64,000 nucleotides of DNA from Paraspadella gotoi. Its lineage: Eukaryota > Animalia > Chaetognatha. Of this stretch, positions 1 through 29,292 are shown piece after piece. Each line of letters opens with the position of its first letter. Position 1 is the first letter of the stretch. The stretch lies in contig CM119263.1 in NCBI GenBank assembly GCA_051294375.1, forward strand, positions 22,284,833 to 22,348,832, read 5' to 3'. A model generated the notes under the pieces. That model was not told the origin of the DNA. It did no database searches and worked only from the letters and a program-made list of their open reading frames with translations. The position numbers were made by a program, and so were the translations under genes.

Positions 1-155
1 TTAAGAGGATTTTGGAGTGGAACGCTCAATGAGGAATTCGTGATGTCAATAAGAAAGTTATTTTGGATGTTTAATGTTTTTAAATCTTAGTTACAATATT
101 GTCATTTCTGTCATTTATAACATTATTTTTTGCATCTTGTTGAAGATAATCTCTT

Positions 156-198
<43 letters not shown>

Positions 199-806
199 CT
201 CTCTCTCTCTCTCACTCTCTCACTACTCTCCCCTCTCACTTCCTCCTTTATCTTTTCACTCCCTCCCTCGTCCCTCTTATTCTCTAATTTATTTTGCTGG
301 CAAACGCAATAAATGCAATAAAGACGGAATCCAACTGAGAGCGACTTTTTCTGTCCAACTTTCGGACTCGCGACTGGAATGTGATTCAGTTTCTATCCTT
401 TCTATCTTTTCTCATTGAGTCGTTGACCAGTGTCTATCTTTTTCTTCTCTTCTTTCTTTACCTCCCTTCTTCCATCGCCTCCTTTTCCCTCGATCCCCTC
501 TTTCCTCCCTTCTTCCCTCGCCTCCTTTTTCCTCGCTCCCCTCTTTCCTCCCTTCTTCCTCGCCTCCTTTTTCCTTCGCCTCCTCTTTCCTCCCTTCTTC
601 CCTCTCTCCTTTTCCCTCGCTCCTCTCTTTCCTCCCTTCTTCCCTCGCTCCGTTTTCCTCGCCTCACTCTTCCTTCCTTTGGCCTCTTCAATTAAGGTCG
701 ACTAAGTGGCGCCGGTTGTATCTTGTCCTTTTAAGTTTTTCAAACTCTAAAACGCTCTGGAGGGCCGATAGGGGGGGAGAAGTTGGAAACTCTCCTCTCC
801 TCTCTC

Positions 807-839
<33 letters not shown>

Positions 840-1078
840 TCTCTCTTCTTGAGTTCAGAGAAGGAAATGTGAGAGAGTCTCTCGCTCCTATTCTCATTCT
901 CTCGCGCTCCTCTCTCTCTCTCTCTCTCTCCTCTCTCCTCTCTCTCTCTCTCTCTCTCTCCTTTCTCTCTCTATCTCTCCCTCTCTTTGCCTTCTCTTCT
1001 CTCTCTCTCTGAGTTGAGAAAAGGAAAGGTGAAAGAGAGTCTCTCGCTCCCTTATCTCTCTATCTCTCTCTCTCTCTC

Positions 1079-1118
<40 letters not shown>

Positions 1119-1468
1119 TCATCTCTCTCTGCCTTCTCTCTCTCCGAGTTGAGAAAAGGAAAGGTGGAAGAGAGTCTCTCGCTCCTTATCTCTCTCTCTC
1201 TCTCTCTTTCTCTCGCTTCCCGTTCTGTAGGATATTTCAAAAACTTTCCATCCATTGTCGTCCAATCTTTCCACCCATCCCTTTCTATCTAATTAGCCTT
1301 AATTGGGACGCAATTAACAATTAACCACGATTTAATTGAAATCTTTTCTCTTTTTTTTCAGTTTGTTGTTTTGTTTTACGATTCTTTTCTCCATTTAAAT
1401 GCATCGACTCTTGTCGTTTTTTTTTTTATCTAAACAAAGATGGCGTTCAGTTTCGCGTCGTGCGACAT
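1..1468. repeat. Copy 1 of a ~1.47-kb direct duplication (copy 2 at 11034-12504), rich in (CT)n
   Basis: Near-identical sequence from TTTTGGAGTGGAACG... to ...CAGTTTCGCGTCGTGCGACA in both copies. Differences are mostly 1-nt indels. Confidence 0.9.
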
Positions 1469-1961
1469 CCTTCCGTTTCGATGCTCGCTTCATCTTCCGA
1501 TGAACTGACCTGAAAATATATCAGTAATGTTTGTATTATAATTTAGTTTATTGTAGCATTCAAGTTACATCTCAATTTTTATGGCATTCCACAGAAAATC
1601 TTCATTGTCTACAAAAAACGTAGGAAAATATTCGATATTTTTTTTCTTTAAGTTATTAAAAAAAAAACATTTTAAAAGATTTATGACTTTTTAATTTAAA
1701 TTTTAATTTAAATTTAATAAATTTTTAATTTTATTGAAGGAGGGGGACGTTAATTTGTTGTCTTCTGAAAATTACTGGCATCATATGTCTTTCTAGTTAA
1801 ACAACAACAACAACAACGCCGACAAAAATTCAGGCCATTTCTCTTTTTTTTTCTTCCAAAAATTTTTTTTCTCTGAAAAATCATTTTCGTTCCAAAATCG
1901 TGGCGGCATGCTTGACCTCGAAGCTTGGAAAGAAAACTATCTTTACCAAAAGAAAAAAGGG

Positions 1962-2012
<51 letters not shown>

Positions 2013-3298
2013 AGAGAGAGACGAGAGAGAAGAGAGAGAGAGAAGACGAAACCAGGCTTTGAAGCAACGAGAAGAGTCCATGGGTTTCACATTCTTTGAT
2101 TGATTTTATACGCCGAAAAAGAGGGCGCAGATGATGACGACGACGACGACGACGACGGACGACGATACGACAACAATGTCGACTATGCCTTCACCTTGAA
2201 TCGTTGTGATATTCACCATTACCCGGACTCGACACAGCGACGGGCTTCTCACCGTTGCAGAGTTATCATTGCTGACAAAATGGCGATCTCCTCTCTCTCT
2301 CTCTCCTCTTCTCTCTTCTCTCTCTCTCTTCTCTTTCTCTCTCTCCCTCTCTCTCTCTGTCACTAACATTCCGCTCACTTCCCTCAAAGTACAGCTTTAT
2401 CTAATTTTGCTAATGCTAATGACCATAGGGTCTCATCCGATGTTTGACATGATTTCTTTGCGGGCAGAAATGTAAAAGGGAGGGAAAGAGATAGCAGAGA
2501 GAGAAGAAAGCCGAGAGAGAGAGACGATGAAGAGAGAGAGAGAGAGAGAGAGAGAGGATCTTTGAATAAGCAGCGGATTGAGAGCAGCACTTATACTTTT
2601 CTATTTAAAATTCCAGGTTAATCCCTTGGTTTCCTTTGCCTTTCGCCTTTCGAGTAGAGTTTTCCTTTTTTAACTCTTTAATCAGCGGGAAAGGCAAAAG
2701 TCCAGGAGCAAAGGAGAGAGAGAGGGAGACGAGAGAGAGAGAGCAGAGAGAGAGAGAGAGGAGAAGAGAGAAGAGCAGAGAGAGAGAGCAGAGAGAGAGC
2801 TCGATTCTTCCGCTCCAAAATGGCAAAAAAGTGATTTCCATTACGAGAAGGGAGAAAGAAAGAGAAAAAAACAAAAACAGGGAAAGCCCTATACCTTCCT
2901 AGCTTTAGTTTAGTCCGCTGATTGCCAATGTGTTTATCTTAATTTACAAAATTGACTCTGTTGATTGATGACACTTACTTAATTTCACGAAATTGTGAAC
3001 ACGACGCCACGATCTCTCGCAATTGACGTCAGCATCACGACCAAAGTCTTGCGATTGGCAAAAGTTTCCTTTAAAAATCCTTCTCTTTTTAAAATCTTTT
3101 GACATTTTTTAGCCATTTTTTCAAAAACTAGCGTATTTTTTCGACTCAATATAGAAATTAATGAGGCCGTGCAGGAAGCAGAACTGAAAGCAAAACTGAG
3201 AGAGAGTTTTGAAAACGGCGGGCGAAAGTTTTGAGAACTTTTAGGCGTGAAGAGAGGCGTTGATTTTTTTACACATGCAGCCTAACCCTCTCTCTCTC

Positions 3299-3341
<43 letters not shown>

Positions 3342-3378
3342 ATCTCTCTCTCTATAAACTATCCTTATAGTCTACTTC

Positions 3379-3456
<78 letters not shown>

Positions 3457-3914
3457 CTCTCTTCCTCCAATTTTCCTCACAAAAACTCCGTTAAAATCAT
3501 GAACCGAATTTCTTTCTCTTTTTCCATCTTCCTTGTCTCAAGTTCCCTCCTTGGAATACACTTTTCACACGCACATCTTCCAATCACGTGATTAATTAAC
3601 TGATTATATATCTTTTTCTTCCATTTCCTTCTTTGTTTTCTTTAATTTTCTCTTTCTTTATTCCATGTATCGCTTACTCTATTCTTGCGCGCCGTTTCCA
3701 TGACGACCAAATTGTCCATCCAATATGAATGGCAGTTAACGGAAAATTGAATTTCCTCGGCGTCGTTCGTCTCGTTTTTTGTCCACGGCCGTTGTGTGAG
3801 CATGGTTATTTTTAGGTTTTGTCCTCATCTTGGAGATATCTGCCGAAGTGTTCGGCATTTTTTTGTGTATTTTGCTCTTTACTAGGGGGAGACTAACTTC
3901 AATTAATGTAAGAA

Positions 3915-4485
3915 ATGATTAAGCACCTCCTCAAAACGAAAATTAGAATTTTAAAAAAAAATTGAATAGCAAATTTTTTATATTACTCCATACTCATATA
4001 TTAATTTTGTTAATATTTATTTATAAATAGGAAAGGCTTAAAAATTTTTTTTTGATTTTTTGATTTTAAGATCAGATTCAGGTAGCTTGCAAAAGTGTCT
4101 ACACAAAGTATAATTCTTTTTTCGATATTTTGATCATAAGTATGTCGAAAAGAATATTGAAATACTATTTATAATCATCATCATCATCATTTTAATCAAT
4201 TTTATTACTTTTTCTTAATTTTTGACAGAAACAGTTTAAATATTTTGAAAGTTGTAGTTAAATTTTTTTATTTAACTTTTTTTATGCTCTATCAGAATCC
4301 ATTCAAACAAAAGTTTAAGATTGCATTAAAAAAAAAAAAATTTTTATCATGTATATAGTAATATTGTAATTTTTAATAGAACAATAAAAGCATTAAAATC
4401 GAACTTTTTTAAAAATCTTTTTTTTACCTAAAAGTAGACTCAAGACTTAAAGTTTGAACCCCCGCCCCTATTTGAATTTAATTCA
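3915..4485 (+). repeat. ~570-bp dispersed repeat, probably a non-autonomous TE; inverted copies at ~60200-60700 and ~63067-63280
   Basis: GATTCAGGTAGCTTGCAAAA...TTTGATCATAAGT and GAACCCCCGCCCCTA...ATAGTAGAT recur as reverse complements near 60455-60520, 60200-60260 and 63067-63130. Confidence 0.85.
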
Positions 4486-5131
4486 TAGTAGATTTCTATC
4501 TTTACATTGTTATTAATCTATTACACTCTGAGGCAGCTTTAACCTTAAAGAATTTGCTTGCCCTTATCGGAAAAATTTCACTAATCAAAAATAAATCGCA
4601 TGTGAGATGTTGACTAATTGGCTAGGTGACTGACTAATTAGCGTCAGTTAGCGAGGGAATGAATTCATGGCTTTAAAGTCGAAGAGGGGAAAAAAGCTCG
4701 AAAAGGAAACCTTAAAATCTAATTATTTTTCTTGAGCGATTTATAATTCAAATTTAATTCCAGCGAAAGTCTTTAGAATATGCTTCTTTTTACCATCTTT
4801 ATCTAAATCGCAATTATCCTTATTTTTCCCAATTTTTTCCATTTTTTTTCTCAACTATAATTATAAAAAAACAGGAACAAACGGTGAAAATACAAACAGA
4901 ACCATTGTCCAATCTCATTAATCTTATCCAAAAAATTAATCCACAGTGACGTCACGTGCTTTTTTCTCACGCAAATAAACAACGAAATGATCTGATCTCC
5001 GTAATAAGCGAAACAAACGATCATTTTTTTAAGATCAAGGAGAAAAGAAAATTTACCTTATTACCTTTCAACTTTAATTTTAAACCGCGACTTGGTTTTA
5101 CCAATTTAAAGTTTAAAAAAATTCTCCAAAA

Positions 5132-8045
5132 ATGTACCCTTGGTTAACGTGCTGGTTTGATCTCTCTCCTGTCTGGTGCGGACCGTCTCCTTTCTCCGCA
5201 GCCGACGCCGCATCGGTTCCTGCCGCGGCCGCTGCCTACGAGTTGCGCTCGCCGCGAACTTCTCGACGGCCGCCGAAAACGTCGCCTCTCCTTCCAGAAT
5301 CCTTCCGCTGTTCGTTCGGCGATCGACTCTGCAAAAACTGTACGCGACATGCTGCAGAACAAAAGATCGAATGTCGTCGTGATTCGTGGAAAGACAAATG
5401 GAAGTTGATTGCGGATCGAAAATACGTCAAATTCACCCATAACGGATCGCGAACGGATTCGAGAGGCAAAAGATGTCGCGTGATCGAGTACAACGACTAA
5501 AAATAAGATAATTATTTCAAGAGGTGAACCTTAGGAACTTAGAAGGTTTATTGATAATATTAATAATCTCATTACATTCACAGTTGTCCGCCCAAAGCGA
5601 ATCTTCTTGCAAGCCTTTGCACGCGCTCCACCATCTTCAATGGACATTCCCACTTGTCCCCGTCAACCTCCTGGTCGACGGTTCGAGTCTACCGCAATCG
5701 CTACTGCGCCAAATGCATCAACCCGTCGGATGACTTCGCCGCGTGGAACGTGACGCACCCATGGAGTGCGACAGAGGTTGCAGCAAGACTCTCAAGAATA
5801 ATTTTACTTTTTATCGGAACTTTACTGGATCTCTCGACTCTCTCTTCCACACCCCGCCCCCCTTTTTTTCTATGCAGTTTTTGGAAATTGCCCAATGGAT
5901 GTTTTACCGAATCCTGCCAATGTGGTTTCAACCCAGCAATGCAACCAACTTTCATTTTTGGCTTTCGGGAATCTGAGAATAAAACTATATCCAAGAAATC
6001 TCACCTTCTATTCTTCAAACAATTATTCCCTACCATCAGCAATTTCCATAACACCTCCAACCAAGAGCCTTACCATCTCATGAACTGGGGAAGATGGAAC
6101 GACCGTCTCAAAGTCAACGAAGGTTACCTCGATTTGATTGAGCATTGTCCCCAAGGCACTTGCCCTCGAGATTTCCTCCAAAACATGCCGAAAGAAACGC
6201 TGCCTCGGGCTGACGAAACTGCTCATGGACGGAACCTGCAAACATCCCACTGAGAACCTTAAGTTTCGAGACTCACGTGTTATCTATCTCGATATTCTTT
6301 TCGACACAAAACAGTTTCCAGAATTTAATACCCAAATCACGAGAACTTTTACAGAGACAATTTTGCCAATTACATTAACGGCGACCGGATAACAGTACGA
6401 TCGACGTTATCCATTACGCCCAAGAAAGAAATTTGAATACAGATTCTTTTATTCATGAACAACAAGCATCATCAATATGCAACATCATGCTAAGAACTAG
6501 CGTCGGAAAAGATCGTCGACTTGTACAAGATATGTTGGAGGAATTAAACAAAAATTTAACTTTTTCATCGAAACGAAAATCCCAAAAGCTTCAGGGTCAT
6601 GAAAACGTCAGCGGAGAAGATTCATTCAAACGACGCTGCCCACCACGCAGAGTTCGATTGGTGCCCCAACGGAGTCATTGAGTTTTACAACGACAGTTCG
6701 ACCTTTTGGCAAGTGAGTCATTCGACTTGCGCGGCGGAGGGAACGAAGATCGAAACGTTCGTCCGCTACGCCACGACACGGACGTCGTGTACAACGCGAG
6801 CCGATTTCGATCTGGGCATCGCCGTGGGACTCGATTGAATTGGGAGGAACAAGACGTCATTTCTTTTGTCGTCGTTTTGCGAAAAAAAAACCTCTCATCC
6901 GCTGAGCAAAACTGCCGAACTTCAAAGTGATATTCAATTCCTCGGAATTTCGCTACCTGAATAACCGGAGGCGTCGAAGTTTTTAGCGGATCGACAAATT
7001 CTACGGAGTGAACGAGTACGAACATTTCCATCGGGCGAAACCAATCTTACTCAACGAATTCTGATAAAATTCTAGTCTGTTTGCGATTTCGAAAGAAGTA
7101 ACGCTTCTTTTTTCTCCTTTTCGCGATCCAGGATTTGCTGACGGTCATTCTGCTGCCAATTTCTATCCTTGCGCCCCACTTGATGCCTTATCATATTGAT
7201 TTATTCCATCTACCGATCCCTGCACAATTGCCCGGCCTCATTCTGCTTCCCACTCACTGTGACTCTACTCACGTCACAGTCGATGATCTGTTTACGCTCA
7301 ACTATCCAGCCGTATTTCCTGGAAATGCCATGATCATTGCAGTCGCAATCACTATTGCTGCATCGCATCTTTTCTGTTGGATGAACGCCTACGCCTCTCT
7401 ACATCTACCGACCATCTGCTGCCTACCACAGCGGCGACATAGACGCCGAACCCGAAACCTGGCGCGCTCTGCGCTACGCTGCTTACGCTACGGTACGCCC
7501 GCGCTTTTCGTCATAGCCTGCGTCACGGTGATTTGCAGACAAACAGCATCCATTACGGAGTTGACAACCTGATTTACTTGACCAAAGAATCGGTCATCAA
7601 CCAAGATCACATCGCATCCAGAAACACCTGTGATCAACGACAACGGTAGCTCGGCTTTGTTTTCGGCTTGCCTCTCTTCGCCATCATGATCGCACGTCTT
7701 CTCTACGCGTTGGACGCGTTCCGTGCATCAAAGGCAATTCCAGAGTCCGAACTCTTCGAAGGCGTGAGGCGCAAGCCTTCGTTCCCAAATCCGATTCTCC
7801 CGTCGATCTGCGGACCTTCGTGCGCGTCTCTCCACAATGATTGGGGTTCGGACTATGGCTGCTGGGGTTCGGATGCGACGATCATCAAGAGGATCGCACA
7901 GACGGAGCCGTGGTCAGACGTGGAGGAGATTCGTCTCTTATCTCTGTCGTCTCGCTTCTTCGTTGCAGGGACTGGGAATCTTCGTCGCCTTCGCACGGGC
8001 GGTCGCGGTCAAGGGGCGTTCAAGGGGACGAAATGGAGAAGCTGA
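5132..8045 (+). pseudogene. Frameshifted Methuselah/adhesion-like class B (7tm_2) GPCR with a Cys-rich ectodomain
   Basis: Ectodomain motif VYRNRYCAKC. Transmembrane motifs lie in order but in different frames: LTVILLPISIL (TM1), LPGLILL (TM2), SHLFCWMN (TM3), YGTPALFVI (TM4), LPLFAIMIA (TM5), MGFGLWLLGFG (TM6), SSLQGLGIFVAF (TM7). Many frameshifts and stops. Confidence 0.8.
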
Positions 8046-9301
8046 AGTTGACATTCGAGAAAAAATACGAATTCGGGGGAAGAGGGAGAGTCAATAAAGT
8101 ATTAATAAAAAAACATTTAAATTATTTTAAAAAACTTTCGTGTTACATTGCTGATATTTTTGTTTTAATTAATTTTTTTTAAATTTCTAGAGCTAAATCT
8201 TCTATGTGGCCACCTGAGCGAATTAAAATCAGTTCGAGACCTTTTGTTTTCAGTTAAACCGTTTATTCTTTCCACATAACAGATGGCTCTGTAATAATTC
8301 AAACTGCCTTTATATGATGTTACCGGAGAACGTCTTTTGTTTTTATTCACTTCTTTTCTCTCTGAAATAAAAAGATCTGCCGAATCTGATTTTATCGGCC
8401 TTTTTTTTTCAAAAGGGGGTGGGCCCAAAAAACATATTTTAATTTATTTTTTTAATTTTTAATCTAAAAATTAATCAAAAAAATTGCACTGATTAGCTTA
8501 CTTTCTGATTAGTTTTAAAAGATATGTCAATTAATTGTCAGCCTTACTTAATTTCTCGCCAAGGAACCAATTTTTCTCCGATCTTGCGAGAATGAAAGTC
8601 ATATCTCCATCGACTAGACGTCCTTTTTTCACTTAGACGCCAATGGGCGAGTTTGTTATTTTTGTGCACCATGAATTCTATCGATCTTTGTTCCACTTGA
8701 TCTGTTGGGCCCTAAAAACCTATTAGCGAAGGGGCGCCATATAGGGCTCCACTCATATCTCTTTAAACATCCACCCCACCACCCAAGTCGCTCCCTACCA
8801 GCCCGCCCCGCTGCAACGAATTGGAACGGCGGGGCGGCCAAAAGGCTCATTCCTTATGCTTATGCCCGCCAAACGGACCCGAATTTTTGCAGAGCGCCAA
8901 AAAAAAGGGTCGTTTGAATTGATCACGTCGCGAAAAAAAGGCGAGAGAGAAGAGGGAAAAAAAATGTTGAGAAATAGAACTACATGTACTCTGTTTTGGC
9001 TTCTAATGACTCGATGTTTCTTATAAATATCATTTATTTGGAATTTCTCCTAATTTTCACATTCCCTGCCCAAAACGGGCCACGCCCCCATTCTCTAGAA
9101 CTTTCCCTTTCCGCAGTCTTTTTTTTCATTGGGAAGACTGACTTTGTCCCTCGTTCACAAACTTTATGCGTCTTGGCCCTGACTTTGCTCTCTCCCTTTT
9201 CTCTCCTCTTTTGTTTCAGTCTTTAATTCTCGATTAAATTTTGTGTCGGATTCTCCGCTTCGTGGGTTTTCTTTATTCCGATTTCTTTCCTGTTTCCAGC
9301 T

Positions 9302-9370
<69 letters not shown>

Positions 9371-11033
9371 GCTCTCAACTTCCCGCCCTCCCCACTCATA
9401 CGCCCAAACACACGCGCACTTGCTTGCACCAGTTTGTGTTCCATCGTTCCACCCCCCAAAAAAAAAATGGGGGGGCGAGAGAAAAAAAATGTCTGCAGGG
9501 TTGTTATGCCCTCTCGCGGCTTCGTTTCCAGAACTCGCCACTCAATCAGAATTTACTCCCTCATTCCGTTTTTTCGTCTCAACGCTGTTTATGCGCATAA
9601 AAAAAAAAGGCGAAGAGAACAGCGACGGAAAAAAGAGAAAAAATTCGATTTAGGAAAAAAAAAGACTGGTAAACTCTCTTAAAAAAATTCACATAAATCC
9701 GATCCGAAATTTTTATAACGTTTTAAAAGTTTATAACTTGCATTTTTGGAGAACGATATTCTTTAGTCGTCTTTTAGTCGAGAAAAAATTTAGTTATGTA
9801 GTAATTTCATACGATATTATTTATTATCTTTTTAAGAGCGTTACATACAGGCTTAACCCACGACAGCCTATCCAAAATTCAAAATAGCTTATTTATTAAA
9901 ATGAATTATTGTGCAATTTCATACTACGTTTTTGGTGACAGTATTATCATGCCCATATTTTTATGGTGTGGCGGACAGCATTGTAAACAATTTTACAATC
10001 GACAATCCGGTTTCACCCTTTTTCAAATCGTCATTAGTCGGTTTTAGTTTTGATAAATTAAAAAATATTTGCTCATAAGAGATGATAAATTTTGATGATG
10101 AATAATTATATAAAAAGATCCAGGCCAATGGAGCAAAATGGGCAAAACGGAATTGGCAGTGCGAAGCGGCCAAGCGTTATCAAGACTTCACGATTAGATT
10201 TTGAAAAAGACCAAACAGATAATATTCTTAAAATTTAAACGTAGTTTTTTTTGTTGGATGTTTACAAAGTTTTCCCTTTTATCATTCGACGCTTTTCCCG
10301 TCTTTTTATTCATTCATATCTCATAAATCACTCTTTCTCCTCATTCAACAGCCGGTGCCTGTTGATGCCCATTGGCATGAGGCATCTCACTGTGGCTTTG
10401 GGGGCTTCTGACCGTTCAGTGATCCTCCTGTCACCCTCGCGGTTTACCCTAGGAGAGTCTAGTTTTGCGTCGTTAGGAACTGAGGATGGAAACGCAAACG
10501 CTTGTGATGCTGCGTTGCCCCTCTGAGCCAATGGGATTGACTGAACGATGGTGCGATGTGAGGCGGTGTGAATTTACCGCCACACTATCCTTATTTCATA
10601 TCTTTTTCCATCTCTTTCCCCTCGTCTTTTCACTCACCCTTCCCTCTTCATTATCATCGCCATCCCTTCCTCATCATCGCCTCGAATACTGTTCCCCCCC
10701 CGCCCACACGTCTCTAAGATTTTGTCGGTGTTCTCCTCCTCCTCTCCTCCTTCCTCCTCCCCTCTCTCTCTCTTCCCCCTCTTCACCTCCCCCCCTCGCT
10801 TCTTCTTCTTAATCCGGCCGGCGACGACGCGCTTATGAGTTGTAATCTTCCTATCGGCAACATTTTGGATAGGCGGACCGGCGGATCGCAGATGGCGGAC
10901 CGGCGAGTCCGGCGGGACCTGCCCGCCCCATGTCTGGCCGCGAAGGAGGCGTTGGCAGGCGTTGGGATGGTGGCTGGGGGTGGTGGAGACTAAGAGGTGG
11001 CGATGGTAGGAGAAAACTGAAGGAAGGAGGCCA

Positions 11034-11841
11034 TTAAGGGATTTTGGAGTGGAACGGCTCAATGAGCGAATTCGGTAGTCAATTAAAGAAGTTATTTGGA
11101 TGTTTAATGTTTTTAAATCGTTAGTTACATATATGTCATTTCTGTCATTATAAACATTATTTTTTGCATCTTGCTTGAAAATATAATCTCTTATAATCTC
11201 TCTCTCTCTCTCCTCTCCTCCCCTCTCTCCTCTTCTCCTCTCCTCTCTACTACTTCTCTCACTCTCCCTCTCACTACTCTCCCCTCTCACTTCCTCCTTT
11301 TATCCTTTCCTTCCCTCCCTCGTCCCTCTTATTCCTCTTAATTATATTTGCTGGCAAAACGCAATAAATGCCAATAAAGACGGATCCAACTGAGGAGCGA
11401 CTTTTTCTGTCCAACTTTCGGACTCGCGACTGGAATGTGTTTCAGTTTCTATCTTTCTATCTTTTCTCATTGAGTCGTTGACCAGTGTCTATCTTTTTCT
11501 TCTCTTCTTTTCTTTACCTCCCTTCTTTCCATCGCCTCTTTTCCCTCATCCCTCTTTCCTCCCTTTTCTTCCTCGCCTCCTTTTTCTCGCTCCCCTCTTC
11601 CTCCCTTCTTCCTCGCCTCCTTTTTCCTTCGCTCCCCTCTTCCTCCCTTCTTCCCTCCTCCTTTCCCTCGCTCCTCTCTTTCCTCCCTTCTTCCCTCGCC
11701 TCCGTTTTCCTCGCCCTCCCACTCTTCCTTCCTTTTGGCCTCTTCAATTAAGGTCGACCTAAGTGGCGCCGGTTGTATCTTGTCCTTTTAAGTTTTTCAA
11801 CTCTAACGCCTGAGGCGAAGGGGGGAGAAGTTGGAACTCTC

Positions 11842-11895
<54 letters not shown>

Positions 11896-12127
11896 TCTTG
11901 AGTTCAGAGAAGGAAATGTGAGAGAGTCTCTCGCTCCTATTCTCATTCTCTCGCGCTCCTCTCTCTCTCTCTCTCTCTCCTCTCTCCTCTCTCTCTCTCT
12001 CTCTCTCTCCTTTCTCTCTCTATCTCTCCCTCTCTTTGCCTTCTCTTCTCTCTCTCTCTGAGTTGAGAAAAGGAAAGGTGAAAGAGAGTCTCTCGCTCCC
12101 TTATCTCTCTATCTCTCTCTCTCTCTC

Positions 12128-12167
<40 letters not shown>

Positions 12168-12504
12168 TCATCTCTCTCTGCCTTCTCTCTCTCCGAGTTG
12201 AGAAAAGAAAGTGGAAGAGAGTCTTCGCTCCTTATCTCCTCTCTTCTCTCTTTCTCTCGCATTCCCTTCGTAGGATATTTCAAAAACTTTCCATCCATGT
12301 CGTCCAATCTTTCCACCATCCCTTTCTATCTAATTAGCCTTAATTGGACGCAATTAACAATAACCACGATTTAATTGAAATCTTTTCTCTTTTTTTTCAG
12401 TTTGTTGTTTTGTTTTAGATTCTTTTCTCCATTTAAATGCATCGACTCTTGTCGTTTTTTTTTTATCTAAACAAAGATGGCGTTCAGTTTCGCGTCGTGC
12501 GACA
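11034..12504. repeat. Copy 2 of the ~1.47-kb duplication, ending just before an N gap
   Basis: Matches 1-1468 and is followed by the gap at 12521-12545. Confidence 0.9.
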
Positions 12505-13935
12505 ACTTAAGCGGCGTCAGNNNNNNNNNNNNNNNNNNNNNNNNNGTGTCTGCCAGTGTGTCAGTTAGTGTCATTCATCCGTTAAAGTCTTTCACTGTCA
12601 GCCCCATTCAGGGTCGAGCAGAACCAGATGCAAATTAAGAATTTTAGGTTCTAGTCGCACGGTTTCCTAAACGCCTTTACGAGAGCGACAAAGTTCGTTT
12701 TTTTTTTGTCCGACCTAAAACGGATTGCCAATGTCTCATCATGCCTTACATTTTCTGTTTTGGTCTCCAGGCTAGACGTTGCTTGGCAACCAGTGACTTA
12801 CCTCATGTTTTAGTTCCCCTTTGAACTAGAGAGGTGAGTCTTCTCGAACCCCGTCGTGAAATATGGGCGAAAGCTCGCCAAAAAAAGTTTGTCGAGGTAA
12901 GTGATGGAAGGTGAGGGATGAATGTTTTGAGGAAAGTTGTTTTCGAGTGGATTGAGCGTCGTCTTATTCCCTCATCCACCCCCCCAAATCTGCCCCCCAA
13001 GCACCCTTCCAAGGGCGAGACTCCTGGGAATTCCGCCTCGCACGTCAGCAACTTGTTTTTTTTTTGTCACTTCAGGAGACCGCCACCGCAGCCGCTGCCG
13101 CAGCCGCCGCCGCAGACGGTCCCGCCCTCTTTTTCCGTAAACAAAAACTTCCTTCGTCGCGGGGCTTTTGTTTTCTTTTGCGTTTTCTTTCTTGTTTTCT
13201 CTCTATTGTTTGTTCACTGTCGGACATCTTCGCAGTATTCTTTCTGTTTCTTTTTTGCGTCGTTGTATCTTTCGTAGAGGAACGGGAATAACCTCAGGCC
13301 TTTGATTAGCGTCCGCTCGTGGAGAGTAATTATAAAAAAATTAAGATAACTTAATCATAAGAATATTACGATTCTAAGATGGAAGAATGAGTGCAGTTGA
13401 ATCGAAAATAATCGACATAGAATAAGGAAGATTTTGTTCATTTGATTATCCCAACGCTAAGAAAGCTGTTGTTGCAGTGCTGTAAAAAATCATTGTGGGT
13501 ACGGTCCACCTTTACTTTTTTGTTGTCACCGCACGGGAAGCAGACGACCAAAAAATTTCCCAAAAACAAAACAGAGAGAGCAGCTAACAATTTTTCACTG
13601 TTGTTTCACCTAAACGATCAGCATAAAAGACGGGCTTCCAAATACCTTACTGTACTAACCTCTTTCTCTTTTTTATTTCTTTTCCACCATTCCCTTTTCA
13701 CATCCTCCCCGCTTCCTTTTTTTGTATTTATTTTTTATTTTTTCGTTCTCTCTCTTGCTCTCATCTCTCTCTCTCGAGTCATGCTCTCTCTCTCGTTCGT
13801 CTGCATGCGTCTGCTCTCCTGCTCTTCTATCTCTCTCTCCCTCCTCTCCGTCACTCCTCTCTCTCTGGCTTTGGATCGTTCCCACCTGCCAAGCCATATG
13901 TTTTAGCATATCACCCGCCTATTTTCTCCTTCCAG

Positions 13936-29292
<15,357 letters not shown>

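Noticed and set aside
74-3470. Many ORFs rich in SLSL or ERER
   Set aside because: They are translations of (CT)n/(GA)n microsatellites. The same applies at 9.2-9.6, 11-12.4, 15-17, 19.9-21.9 and 24.4-26.9 kb.
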